Of a stretch of DNA of 64,000 nucleotides, positions 25,574 to 38,751 are shown piece by piece (the stretch's first letter is position 1; each line of letters begins with the position of its first letter). The notes under the pieces are model-generated. The model made no database searches. It was not told where the DNA came from and saw nothing but the letters and a program-made list of their open reading frames with translations. The DNA is from Laetmonice hystrix (lineage: Eukaryota). The position numbers and the translations under genes were made by a program. The stretch spans positions 2,296,001 through 2,360,000 of the forward strand of contig OZ249436.1 in NCBI GenBank assembly GCA_965235115.1. The letters run 5' to 3'.

Positions 25574-25877
25574 AGTCCTATATAAGTTACATTATGCTGT
25601 AACTAAAGTCCTATATCAGTTCCATTATGCTGTAACTAAAGTCCTATATCAGTTCCATTATGCTGTAACTAAAGTCCTATATCAGTTCCATTATGCTGTA
25701 ACTAAAGTCCTATATCAGTTACATTATGCTGTAACTAAAGTCCTATATCAGTTACATTATGCTGTAACTAAAGTCCTATATCAGTTACATTATGCTGTAA
25801 CTAAAGTCCTATATAAGTTACATTATGCTTCAGCTAAAGTCCAATATAAGTTACATTATGCTTTAACTAAAGTCCAG
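25574..25877. repeat. 33-bp minisatellite x9
   Basis: aagtcctatatcagttacattatgctgtaacta. Confidence 0.93.
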
Positions 25878-26419
25878 TATTCGTATCTCCTGCTTTATCC
25901 CCTGAAGGATCTATCGGCTTCTGCTCGAGCCTATTATCAGGACATAAAGCACCCGAGCCTTCCGTCCCACATGCAATATCCACTCTTCATTGTGACATTG
26001 AAGACACGCTATTTGTGGGAGTTTTCCTAAATCAACTTCCTGTTACAGGACAACCACATAGATGTGAGCAAAGTTCCGTAAATCACGTAAGCAGTTACAT
26101 CAAGCTGTCATTAACTTGGGGATAGCGTTTTTGTCACATCTGAATTGCCATTAGCAGCCGTCCACGTTTTTATATCTCAGATTGAGTTACAGCAAATGAT
26201 TTGTGTAGCAGTAGGGACTGTTCAGATATAGAAGTCTGGTCGTTCTTCAGCTGCATCGTCTGCAATAAGTCTGGTGTAAATGAGGATTTCTAAAACGAGT
26301 AGAACTTGATCAGGGGAGGAGAACACCATTAGGAATGATAAAACCGGCTGATCGACCAGTGATTGGACGGTTCGGGATAGAAATACCGTCAGTGTCCGGG
26401 TGGTGTGATTTATAACATG

Positions 26420-27180
26420 AGTCAGTCAGTCCCAGGGTGAAGGCGTCACTGTCATGGCTGACGTCCACAGTCAGTCTGACGTGATGTCAGTGCCAGGGTG
26501 AAGGTGTCACTGTCATGGCTGACGTCCACAGTCAGTCTGACGTGATGTCAGTGCCAGGGTGAAGGCGTCACTGTCATGGCTGACGTCCACAGTCAGTCTG
26601 ACGTGATGTCAGTCCCAGAGTGAAGGCGTCACTGTCATGGCTGACATCTACAGTCAGTCCCAGGGTGAAGGCGTCACTGTCATGGCTGACGTCTACAGTC
26701 AGTCTGACGTGATGTCAGTCCCAGGGTGAAGGCGTCACTGTCATGGCTGACATCTACAGTCAGTCTGACGTGATGTCTGTCAGTCCCAGGGTGAAGGCGT
26801 CACTGTCATGGCTGACGTCTACAGTCAGTCTGACGTGATGTCAGTCCCAGGGTGAAGGCGTCACTGTCATGGCTGACATCTACAGTCAGTCCCAGGGTGA
26901 AGGCGTCACTGTCATGGCTGACGTCTACAGTCAGTCTGACGTGATGTCAGTTCCAGGGTGAAGGCGTCACTGTCATGGCTGACGTCTACAGTCAGTCTGA
27001 CGTGATGTCAGTGCCAGGGTGAAGGCGTCACTGTCATGGCTGACGTCTACAGTCAGTCTGACTTGATGTCAGTCCCAGGGTGAAGGCGTCACTGTCATGG
27101 CTGACGTCTACAGTCAGTCTGACATGATGTCAGTCCCAGGGTGAAGGCGTCACTGTCATGGCTGACATCTACAGTCAGTG
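26420..27180. repeat. ~59-bp minisatellite flanked by 32-bp direct repeats
   Basis: cagggtgaaggcgtcactgtcatggctgacgtctacagtcagtctgacgtgatgtcagtcc; identical flanks at 26388-26419 and 27174-27205. Confidence 0.93.
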
Positions 27181-27701
27181 TCCGGGTGGTGTGATTTATA
27201 ACATGTATAAGAGTGAAGTCTGTTATTCTCACGGTTTGGTATATCTCGTTATCTTACAAGATGGTGAGATATTGTCACAATCAGGACAGTACATGTAGAC
27301 GGTAACAAAACGGGAACCAAGAATGCCTGGTACGGGTCAGTGGGGAGTCGCAATAAAAAATAGAGGGAAACCCCGAATAAAGCTGTAGGAATATATAAAT
27401 TTATATGATGCCACGACACCTATGTGCATTTAGATGTTTTATTATTTTCCCCTTTCTGTCTTACTCCCATTTAAAGATTTTGTTAGGTGCGTAGAATGGC
27501 TGGTGAAGTGGGAGCACTATGAGTTGATGATCTGTGAGTTTTACTGCCTGTCCTCCGATTAGAACGTTAAGTGAGTGTAGGGGTCTCGTTAGCTGAGACT
27601 TGTACATTGACGAATCACAACGACGTCGGACCATTAACACCCAACGTATTGCCACCTCCCACTGACGGATGGTCTGTCACCGTCCCATCCTCAGCTAGCC
27701 A

Positions 27702-27715
27702 CCACCAGGGGGCAG
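27702..27715 (+). promoter_or_regulatory. CTCF-like motif
   Basis: CCACCAGGGGGCAG. Confidence 0.55.
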
Positions 27716-28556
27716 CTCCAGCGCTCGAATCTTAACGTTTAATGAGAGTTAATGGTCATCTCTGCTCCCTTTGTCAGGCAATTGGTGAAAGTGAACGGGC
27801 GTTAGGTTCAAACTTGACGCCGAACAGGGAGATTTCATAGGATGATCAAAATATCCTGTGTGAAATCCGTAAAAAAAGAAACGGGACGAAAACTAACAGA
27901 AAATGGTGTGAAGGGAGGGAGAATCAATCAAAAGCCGTTTGCAGCCAGGAGTCTGCCGTAATGAGTGTTGGGGATCAGTTTATGAGATGACAGTGCCGTG
28001 TGTCTGATGATGTCCGGGCTGGGGGGAGCGAGGCACATTGACAGTACCGTGTGTCCGATGATGTCCGGACCGGGGGGAGCGAGGCACATTAAGATCTCGA
28101 TGGTTGAAGAGAGCGCGGACATCAGAGATGATTGCTGATTCAGCTGGAGTAGTTTTCAACCAAATATGTCATGGAGAAGATAAATGACTAGACGGAACGC
28201 CCGGTAACGAGCTTAGCCTTGACAAACAATGGACCTCCCACAGACTAATAGTTGCCTCTCCCTATGTGTTATTGGGCACTCAACAAACACATTATTGCAC
28301 TGTAGAAGCTTCGAGAATTATTTCTCATCCTTTAACATGGATAAATCATGAAATAATTTGTCTGGTTGAGTAGGATACTGGAAACGGTATTTTGCTACAA
28401 AAATAGATCAGTAGAAATGAGCATGTAAATAGAAGAGTAACCTAGCAGCAATAACTGATCCATGGTTTGTCTACAAGACATGGATGGTACCAGGCTGATC
28501 CATAGTTCTATCCACCAGCCAGGAATGGTAATCCACTGATCCGTGGTTCGGTTCAG

Positions 28557-29355
28557 TCCCCAATCCCTGTCTGTCCAGGAATCACTCCCCAATCCCTGTC
28601 TGTCCACCAGCCAGGAATCACTCCCCAATCCCTGTCTGTCCAGGAATCACTCCCCAATCCCTGTCTGTCCAGGAATCACTCCCCAATCCCTGTCTCTGTC
28701 CACCAGCCAGGAATGACTCCCCAATCCCTGTCTCTGTCCACCAGCCAGGAATCACTCCCCAATCCCTGTCTGTCCACCAGCCAGGAATGACTCCCCAATC
28801 CCTGTCTCTGTCCACCAGCCAGGAATCACTCCCCAATCCCTGTCTGTCCACCAGCCAGGAATGACTCCCCAATCCCTGTCTCTGTCCACCAGCCAGGAAT
28901 CACTCCCCAATCCCTGTCTCTGTCCACCAGCCAGGAATCACTCCCCAATCCCTGTCTGTCCACCAGCCAGGAATCACTCCCCAATCCCTGTCTGTCCACC
29001 AGCCAGGAATCACTCCCCAATCCCTGTATCCACCAGCCAGGAATCACTCCCCAATCCCTGTCTGTCCACCAGCCAGGAATCACTCCCCAATCCCTGTCTG
29101 TCCACCAGCCAGGAATCACTCCCCAATCCCTGTCTGTCCAGGAATCTCTCCCCAATCCCTGTCTGTCCACCAGCCAGGAATCACTCCCCAATCCCTGTCT
29201 GTCCACCAGCCAGGAATCTCTCCCCAATCCCTGTCTGTCCACTAGCCAGGAATCACTCCCCAATCTCTGTCTCTGTCCACCAGCCAGGAATCACTCCCCA
29301 ATCCCTGTCTGTCCAACAGCCAGGAATCACTCCCCAATCCCAGTCTCTGTCCACC
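28557..29355. repeat. ~36-bp minisatellite with length variants
   Basis: ccaggaatcactccccaatccctgtctgtccaccag. Confidence 0.95.
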
Positions 29356-29494
29356 AACGACTGCCTATCTGGTGCCTCTCTGCGCATTAATATGATTTCC
29401 ATGGCAGCTCAACGTTTCCTTCCATTAGTTGGTCAAACATTGACTGTACAGATAACCAGGGCCTAGCCTCATCAATCTGACATAGGAAGAACGC

Positions 29495-29980
29495 CAATAT
29501 CAACACCAACATCAGCGCCAGCATGCACCAACATCAACACCAACATCAGCGCCAGCATGCATCAACATCAACTTCAGCACCAGCATACATCAACACCAAT
29601 ATCAACACTAATATCAGCATCACCACCAACATCAGCATCAACACCAACATCAGCACTAGCATCGACATCAGCACCAGCATACATTAACACCAACTTCGAC
29701 ATCAGCACCAGCATCGACATCAGCACCGGCATACATTAACACCAACACCAACATCAGCACCAGCATCGACATCAACACCAGCATACATTAACACCAACAT
29801 CAGCATCAACATCAGCACCAGCATACATTAACACCAACACCAACATCAGCACCAGCATACATTAACATCAACATCAGCACCAGCATACATTAACATCAAC
29901 ATCAGCACCAGCATACATTAACACCAACACCAACATCAGCACCAGCATACATTAACACCAACATCAAAATCAGCACCAGC
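29495..29980. repeat. Low-complexity hexamer-derived repeat
   Basis: Mosaic of aacatc, agcacc, aacacc and agcatacatt. Confidence 0.85.
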
Positions 29981-30255
29981 ATTGGAGAACCATTGAATGC
30001 ACGGCAAACAACATCACAAATCTAATAAGTTGCCAATTCATGTTTGGAGTACATTGTAGAGCACTGCAAGCCTTTTGTTTGTTATCTTAGTTCAGATTTT
30101 AAGATTTGAAAGAAATCGGAAAGTTAAATTTAAATATTTATATTGATAAAATCAGCGACGATTTGAAGGGATCTTTTTTGTTGTATCCCGGTCTCCTTTC
30201 TTGACGTGACAGTGGCACGAATTGTTATTTCTGTCGGTTTTGTTTTCTGTACAAA

Positions 30256-30269
30256 CCGCCAGAGGGCGT
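30256..30269 (+). promoter_or_regulatory. CTCF-like motif
   Basis: CCGCCAGAGGGCGT. Confidence 0.45.
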
Positions 30270-30386
30270 TGTGTGTCACTCTGTCCTCATCCAACACGTT
30301 GGCTGGAGACGCTGGCTTCTCGCCACCCAGGGAGGCAGGCAGGGCCCACCATACTATGTGTTTGATTGGTTGGGTGAGCTTTCAAT

Positions 30387-30519
30387 CCTATAGGAAATGC
30401 CATTTGTTTACCATTATGACGTCATAGAGGGGGAACCCAAACTAATGTGCTTGCCGGATGTTGCCTACCAAAGGGCCAAAGGGTGTAAACAGTGACGTCA
30501 CGCCAGCATTTCCTATTGG
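30387..30519. mobile_element. Small inverted-repeat element (MITE-like)
   Basis: cctataggaaatgc / gcatttcctattgg ends; internal TGACGTCA and tgtttac/gtaaaca near both ends; no TSD seen. Confidence 0.55.
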
Positions 30520-30784
30520 CTAAAAACTTAATATCTTGCTTAAGTTTAAACTTAACATTTCTGGGCCCGGTTATAGAAAGATTAAGATCCTAAGTTAAGC
30601 TCTGCTTAGGGCTCTCGTTGGAGCAGCAATGGACCAGCCAATCACAGGTCCTAAGCAGAGCTTAAGTTAAGATGCTAACCTTTCTGAAACCGGGTCCTGA
30701 TTGACCGGGTACCTGTTAAACCATCCAGTCAGAAGCGTTAAGCTTTAACTTAAGCAAAATCTTCAGTTTTTAGGAACTGGGCCC
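30520..30784. mobile_element. Outer degenerate MITE (left end truncated)
   Basis: ctaaaaacttaatatcttgcttaagtttaaacttaac pairs with gttaagctttaacttaagcaaaatcttcagtttttag; right end is gaactgggccc. Confidence 0.6.
30564..30696. mobile_element. Inner MITE, CTG TSD (PIF/Harbinger-like)
   Basis: ctg|ggcccggttatagaaag...ttaagctctgcttagg / cctaagcagagcttaa...ctttctgaaaccgggtc|ctg. Confidence 0.78.
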
Positions 30785-31154
30785 ATGGCTTGAGACGCTG
30801 CCTTCTCTGCCGACAGGCCGACAGTGTAAACACAGGTCTCGGTGTGGACAATGGAGCAAACAATTTGGTGCTCTCACATCAAACCAACACAAAGGAAGAG
30901 CTCTACTGTCGGAGTCAGATGTAGATGCAATACTCTGTGTGTTGAACTTTCTTTGTGTACAAAGATTGCACTGGCTGATATAAACAAACACAGAAATATT
31001 TGCTACACTGGCTCCAAACCAGAGTAAGTGCTTACTTCAGCTTTCTCTATCACTGACACTTGATATCCTTCTCCGGGTTACCTTGTCAACAACACACTCT
31101 CAGAGGTCCTAGGAAGGCAGGTCCGTCGGACCTGTATGTCAGGGGTGCTTGAAT

Positions 31155-31495
31155 TCCCGTGACACCGGGAACCAGCTAACACGGATGGCGGGATTCCTGT
31201 GACACCGGGAACCAGCTAACACGGATGGCGGGATGTCACACCGGGAACCAGCTAACACGGATGGCGGGATTCCTGTGACACCGGGAACCAGCTAACACGG
31301 ATGGCGGAATGTGACACCGGGAACCAGCTAACACGGATAGCGGGATGTCACACCGGGAACCAGCTAACACGGATGGCGGGATTCCTGTGACACCGGGAAC
31401 CAGCTAACACGGATGGCGGGATTCCTGTGACACCGGGAACCAGCTAACATGGATGGCGGAATGTGACACCGGGAACCAGCTAACACAGATAGCGG
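31155..31495. repeat. ~36-40 bp minisatellite x9
   Basis: gtgacaccgggaaccagctaacacggatggcgggattcct. Confidence 0.93.
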
Positions 31496-32489
31496 AAACT
31501 TTGCGGAGTCCGCGCACAGTTCAGCTACTAATGAGTCGTGAATCTTTCCATTCACTTTCGACTGATCCATTTATACTAATACATTTATCGTCTCAGTGGC
31601 ATGGATTAGTACAGTTTATTGGATTTAAAGGGGATGATCCGATTAAAGGACAGCTGAGAAGAATGGCGTTGCTGTTGTGATACCTCATAAGTATTTCATG
31701 AGGAATAAACTGTATTTTAGCGTCTTTGAAGTTCTACTTCAGCGAGAAACAAAGACCTGAATGAATTGTTGCCGGTAATAATCTGATGAGGTGTTAGGAT
31801 TTATTATTTCAAAGGGATCTAGACACTGTAGCCTAATGGGTGAAAGAAAACAGTGGTATGGAATACAATATTTTTATTATTCATGTATACTTGAACATTT
31901 CTTTAGAATTACCTCTTTCCTTTTCTACCGTACGTTATGGAAGAAGACAGACAGTGGTGTATGAGTGGGTTGTGACTCGTGTATGTCTCATCAAACATGA
32001 TTCAGGGTTACCAAACGAGTATAAAGTAAAGGATAACGAAATATGGGCATGGCCATCATTACCATCAGGTGGGAATATTATTATCTGGTGTGAATATATA
32101 TGTGGTGTGAATATATCCGGTGTTATATCTCCCGAGGGTTTCTAGAGGGAGGGGGGCGGAGGGGTTTCCCGACAGAGCTCGGTGTCAGCTATCGCATCGC
32201 CTGGAAGCTCGCTGGACCGACACAGGGCCAAGACAAAGCTGTTGTGAATCGTAATATTTGAGTTCCCGGTCAGTGTTGACATGTTTTCTTTTCAATACCA
32301 TGAATTTAATATACTGGTGTATAAACAACGTAAAATGAGATAAAGTCACGCTCAGCTGGAAATATAATCCGTGTCCCTTTGTACTACAAACAAGTGTTCA
32401 TGTCTTTAAATGCTGGAAGTAGGGCAGTCATACGCTGTTTCGCTGGTAACTTTATCTAATATAAAGGGCAGAAATTCATATTAAGTCTA

Positions 32490-33307
32490 AACATGATGTC
32501 ATGAGTCGAGATCTTCCGTTTCTCAGAGTGAGACGGTCTGAACATGATGTCATGAGTCGAGATCTTCCGTTTCTCAGAGTCTGAACATGATGTCATGAGT
32601 CGAGATCTTCCGTTTCTCAGAGTGAGACGATCTGAACATGATGTCATGAGTCGAGATCTTCCGTTTCTCAGAGTGAGACGGTCTGAACATGATGTCATGA
32701 GTCGAGATCTTCCGTTTCTCAGAGTGAGACGGTCTGAACATGATGTCATGAGTCGAGATCTTCCGTTTCTCAGAGTGAGACGGTCTGAACATGATGTCAT
32801 GAGTCGAGATCTTCCGTTTCTCAGAGTGAGACGATCTGAACATGTCATGAGTCGAGATCTTCCGTTTCTCAGAGTCTGAACATGATGTCATGAGTCGAGA
32901 TCTTCCGTTTCTCAGAGTGAGACGGTCTGAACATGATGTCATGAGTCGAGATCTTCCGTTTCTCACAGTAAGACGGTCTGAACATGTCATGAGTCGAGAT
33001 CTTCCGTTTCTCAGAGTGAGACGGTCTGAACATGATGTCATGAGTCGAGATCTTCCGTTTCTCAGAGTGAGACGGTCTGAACATGTCATGAGTCGAGATC
33101 TTCCTTTTCTCAGAGTGAGACAGTCTGAACATGATGTCATGAGTCGAGATCTTCCGTTTCTCAGAGTCTGAACATGATGTCATGAGTCGAGATCTTCCGT
33201 TTCTCAGAGTCTGAACATGATGTCATGAGTCGAGATCTTCCGTTTCTCAGAGTGAGACGATCTGAACATGTCATGAGTCGAGATCTTCCGTTTCTCACAG
33301 TAAGACG
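32490..33307. repeat. 51-bp minisatellite ~17 copies with deletion variants
   Basis: catgatgtcatgagtcgagatcttccgtttctcagagtgagacggtctgaa. Confidence 0.95.
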
Positions 33308-33624
33308 TTTCCTTGTGGATATAGTTTCACAGCAACACATTTACGTCGGGCCCCATTAGGGGGTGAGGTGGGGGTGGGGCGTGCGTACAGTACGGTAACA
33401 ACGAGCGGAAACTGCCGCCACCCTGCCTGCCGCCTACCGTCACGGCTGTGGCCGGGAGGAATGGAACTTCAAAGCGAACATAATGACGACAGGACATTAT
33501 GTGACTGGCATTTTAATGAGGTCGTTCCCGGACCGATGCTTCCCACAGTTCGTCACCTTCAGTGAAACTGTGGCGGGAAACAGAACGGGTCTAGGATGGC
33601 GGAGCTGCATATAAATCTGTCTCT

Positions 33625-34295
33625 AAGTAGTATATGAAATGGGGGGTCGTAGCAGGCGACTTGTATATTGAAATCTGAGTAGTATATGAAATGGGGGATT
33701 GTAGCAGGCGACTTGCATATTGAAATCTGAGTAGTGTATGAAATGGGGGATTGTAGCGGGCGGCTTGTATATTGAAATCTGAGTAGTGTATGAAATGGGG
33801 GATTGTAGCAGGCGACTTGCAAATTGAAATCTGAGTAGTATATGAAATGGGGGATTGTAGCAGGCGACTTGTATATTGAAATCTGAGTAGTGTATGAAAT
33901 GGGGGATTGCAGCTGGCGACTTGCATATTGAAATCTGAGTAGTATATGAAATGGGGGATTGTAGCGGGCGGCTTGTATATTGAAATCTGAGTAGTATATG
34001 AAATGGGGGATTGTAGCAGGCGACTTGCATATTGAAATCTGAGTAGTATATGAAATGGGGGATTGTAGCGGGCGGCTTGTATATTGAAATCTGAATAGTA
34101 TATGAAATGGGGGATTGTAGCAGGCGACTTGCATATTGAAATCTGAGTAGTATATGAAATGGGGGATTGTAGCTGTAGCAGGCGACTTGCATATTGAAAT
34201 CTGAGTAGTATATGAAATGGGGGATTGTAGCAGGCGACTTGTATATTGAAATCTGAGTAGTATATGAAATGGGGGATTGTAGCAGGCGACTTGCA
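33625..34295. repeat. 52-bp minisatellite ~13 copies
   Basis: agtagtatatgaaatgggggattgtagcaggcgacttgcatattgaaatctg. Confidence 0.95.
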
Positions 34296-34924
34296 CATGG
34301 AGAGATTTATCTGCAAGAATATGTTTATAGCCATAATTTGTCCTTGATCTTTCACATTCAATCCCATCCCCCTCTTAAGTGATGTTCCTTGTGCACAAGT
34401 TGGTATTAAAGTACCAAGGCATGTGGTGCTGAAGGTATAAAATGATGGTTGTTGCTCATGTTTTTGTCCCTCGAGGTTTTTATGGAACTCATTATGGTAT
34501 GAGATGATATCTAGCCTGATCGACTCATCATGAGGATATAGACTTACCCTGACGACCTTTTAGAGCCATACATCAGCAGTACCGACAGGGCGGTGATAGG
34601 GTGACTTTGACAAAGGGGTCCTGACGGCGACCTCCCAGCGGACCTCACAGACAAGCTAGACTGGTGGCAGGGACGGTGGACGATGAGTTACTCTACACCA
34701 TACATTTACCACAGGAAACATCGCTGTAGGTGGGTGGGAGGTGGTTTAGTATACAGTGGGAGGACGTTCTTGTCGGGACATAAGAGAGTTATTCCCTGAC
34801 TGAGGTCATCTCTATCTCTCCCATCATTCCACCTCCAACATAGTGATAATAGAACCTACTTAAAACAAGACAAGGTATAGAAGAACTACAAGCACCAACT
34901 CTAAGCTACAGAGAGAGAATTTGT

Positions 34925-35575
34925 TAAAGTCGGTAACAATCGTTAGGTTGGTGTCAGACTCGGTATTGACGTCCTGTGGGTACCTGGCTCAGTGTACCAA
35001 GTCTGTACGGATACCGAGAGATCATGGATATGTCTCGTTAAGTCGGTAACAATCGTTAGGTTGGTGTCAGACTCGGTATTGACGTCCTGTGGGTGCCTGG
35101 CTCAGTGTACCAAGTCTGTACGGATACCGAGAGATCATGCCTGGCTCAGTGTACCAAACCTGTACGGATACCGAGAGATCATGACTGGCTCAGTGTACCA
35201 AGTCTGTACGGATACCGGGAGATCATGCCTGGCTCAGTGTACCAAGTGTGTACGGATACCGGGAGATCATGCCTGGCTCAGTGTACCAAGTCTGTACGGA
35301 TACCGGGAGATCATGCCTGGCTCAGTGTACCAAGTGTGTACGGATACCGAGAGATCATGCCTGGCTCAGTGTACCAAGTCTGTACGGATACCGAGAGATC
35401 ATGCCTGGCTCAGTGTACCAAACCTGTACGGATACCGAGAGATCATGCCTGGCTCAGTGTACCAAACCTGTACGGATACCGAGAGATCATGCCTGGCTCA
35501 GTGTACCAAGTCTGTACGGATACCGAGAGATCATGCCTGGCTCAGTGTACCAAACCTGTACGGATACCGAGAGAC
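34925..35575. repeat. ~113-bp duplication leading into a 44-bp minisatellite (~12 copies)
   Basis: gcctggctcagtgtaccaagtctgtacggataccgagagatcat. Confidence 0.93.
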
Positions 35576-36073
35576 CACGCCATGTATATGTCTCGTTTCA
35601 CCTTCACTGGACTCACTGATATCCGGCGATAAATTGATTTCACTGTTGGTAGACCTGAGGAGACTCGTGTTAGATTGTTTGACTGTCAGAAGGTTTGACA
35701 ATATCTCCAGCTAGATTCTGTTAGAACCTCAGATGCCATCGTTAACATAGAATTATAGAATCTAAAAAATATAGAGCAATATTTATTATTTATATTTTAA
35801 TAATTGTCTTTCACGAAGGCAACCTGACAGTTCCTAGATATAATAAGATATGGCAGGAGTTTTTCTTGCTCTGTTTAATTACATTGTTAATTACATTGTT
35901 AATTGTGTGTTTTCATGTGTTAATCTGCCGTCTCATCCCCCGCCCTGAATGGAGAGCCTCCCATTAACCCAGTAACCTTGATTAAATCTGCCTCATTAGA
36001 TTATCTCTGCCCTGATTTATACAGAACTAGGTCTGTTTAAACTCGAGTCGAGGGTGTAATTATTGAGGGTTGG

Positions 36074-36789
36074 TGTCACATACAGGATGGAGGTCCTTGG
36101 ACAGGGTAGTTTGGTGTCATTGTATGCACCGTGTGTCACATACAGGATGGAGGTCCATGGACTGGGTAGTTTGGTGTGATTGTATGCACCGTGTGTCACA
36201 TACAGGATGGAGGTCCTTGGTCTGGGTAGTTTGGTCTGATTGTATGCACCGTGTGTCACATACAGGATGGAGGTCCTTGGACTGGGTAGTTTGGTGTCAT
36301 TGTATGCACCGTGTGTCACATACAGGATGGAGGTCCTTGGACTGGGTAGTTTGGTGTGATTGTATGCACCGTGTGTCACATACAGGATGGAGGTCCTTGG
36401 ACTGGGTAGTTTGGTGTCATTGTATGCACCGTGTGTCACATACAGGATGGAGGTCCATGGACTGGGTAGTTTGGTCTGATTGTATGCACCGTGTGTCACA
36501 TACAGGATGGAGGTCCTTGGACTGGGTAGTTTGGTGTCATTGTATGCACCGTGTGTCACATACAGGATGGAGGTCCTTGGACTGGGTAGTTTGGTGTGAT
36601 TGTATGCACCGTGTGTCACATACAGGATGGAGGTCCTTGGACTGGGTAGTTTGGTGTCATTGTATGCACCGTGTGTCACATACAGGATGGAGGTCCTTGG
36701 ACTGGGTAGTTTGGTGTGATTGTATGCACCGTGTGTCATATACAGGATGGAGGTCCTTGGACTGGGTAGTTTGGTCTGATTGTATGCAC
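36074..36789. repeat. 60-bp minisatellite x12
   Basis: Successive 60-nt lines are nearly identical (tgtatgcaccgtgtgtcacatacaggatggagg...). Confidence 0.97.
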
Positions 36790-37551
36790 AGTTTCTCCGC
36801 CAATTGAGGCTTGTTCTCTACCGTACTTGTATAAATTAATCTCCATGGTTACAATTAGTGAGGCCTCCATGATAAAGTAAGCCTTGTTTGCCGAACCGCC
36901 AGTACATCTTGTCATAATAGCATCCTGATTTATGTTAGGACGAGTGATGCCCGCATCAGTAGCCCTCAGCCGATTGATGCACGCATCAGTAGCCCTCAGC
37001 CTCGCTGTATAATGAGAAAATTACATTGACGACGCAGGACATGTCATCTATTCTGGTCGGAAGTAGAAGGGAATATTGTATTCAATCTGCCAAGTATTGT
37101 TCATGAAATCCCGACAGCTTTGTCAGAACCATGTCTCATGGTGTAGGGCCGTATTTCCTTCACTCGCATGACAACCTTGATACCATACAGCGAGCTAGGT
37201 TTTTAGAATATTAAGATGAGCATCATACATATTTCAGTTCCCGCGTCGAGAAACTATGGAGTCACTCCTAAATATATCGAGTAGCGGGACATATTACGGC
37301 CTTGAACATTTCATGCAGACATTACACTAACAAAATCTCCTCTAATATATATATGCCAATTGCAACATAATATTTAAAGATGGTCTCAAAACTAGGTTTT
37401 ACATTGTTATATCCTTACTTTACTTCCTAGAAAATTATTGTAATTTATGCAGTCAGCTAAAGCTACCTCTGTTTATTGATATCGATTCAGTACTTTTGTT
37501 TCTTGACTCGGCATGTGTTAATGTATGGTTATGTTTCTGGCCACTCGCCGG

Positions 37552-38092
37552 GCATGGTGGCATGACGTATTTACGGCATGTGGGGGTGTAGACTGGTATG
37601 GCGGCATGACGTATTTACGGGATGTGGGGGTGTCGCCTGGTATGGCGGCATGACGTATTTACGGCATGTGGGGGTGTGTCGCCTGGGCATGGCGGCATGA
37701 CGTACTTACGGCATGTCGGGGTGTGTCGCTGGGCATGGCGGCATGACGTATTTACGGCATGTGGGGGTGTGTCGCTGGGCATGGCGGCATGACGTACTAA
37801 CGGCATGTGGGGGTGTGTCGCCGGGCATGGCGGCATGACGTATTTACGGCATGTGGGGGTGTGTCGCTGGGCATGGCGGCATGACGTACTAACGGCATGT
37901 GGGGGTGTGTCGCCGGGCATGGCGGCATGACGTACTGACGGCATGTGGGGGTGTGTCGCCTGGTATGGCGGCATGACGTACTGACGGCATGTGGGGGTGT
38001 GTCGCCTGGTATGGCGGCATGACGTATTTACGGCATGTGGGGGGTGTCACCTGGTATGGCGGCATGACGTATTTACGGCATGTAGGGGTGTG
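37552..38092. repeat. ~46-bp minisatellite ~12 copies
   Basis: ggcatggcggcatgacgtatttacggcatgtgggggtgtgtcgctg. Confidence 0.93.
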
Positions 38093-38751
38093 GATGTGGG
38101 TGTCCAAAATAACCGTGTCGTGCGCGATCATGGTCGACAGGGGGGGGGGGGCTAGGGGGAAGGCCCCCAAACTCAGGCTGGGAACTTGCTACACCCACTA
38201 CCCCTAGGCATCGGGTTTAGTACTGCATTGTATTAGTGACGATCTTTCTGCCTGTTCCGCCCTGAAGTGACCCCTCTGATTTGGTCGCACCCCTCTCCAA
38301 ACCTATGCTCCAGGAACAATAGTTTCACTCGGCTGATCGCGAGCTCAGCAGTATTTAATTGTTTATTTGAGCGGCTATTCCAGATTTATTATTTTTTATC
38401 TTAGATGTGATCAGATTTCTGTCGGTAGGATATAGAAACTCCAGTAATAAGGTAATCTCCTAGTGAGGAGACAGAGAATGTTGTCTCTCGACTGACGTGG
38501 TCATCAGACGCTGGACTCAGCGTCCCTCTCCCCTGATCATGACTGTCAGGTCTAAATGAACCGAACACGGTTTCCCCTGTCGCTGCCCCAGACATAATGT
38601 TACAGGGCAATGACTCGATGACCTGCTATTATTACGTTGTCTGCCAATTGGCTACCGTCCGTTTACAGTCGGTAGACTGGGCTGGGGACGCGGCCATGAT
38701 TTCAGGGGGACAGAGACAGATAGAGAAGGTGGGCGGGCAAAATATCATGTA

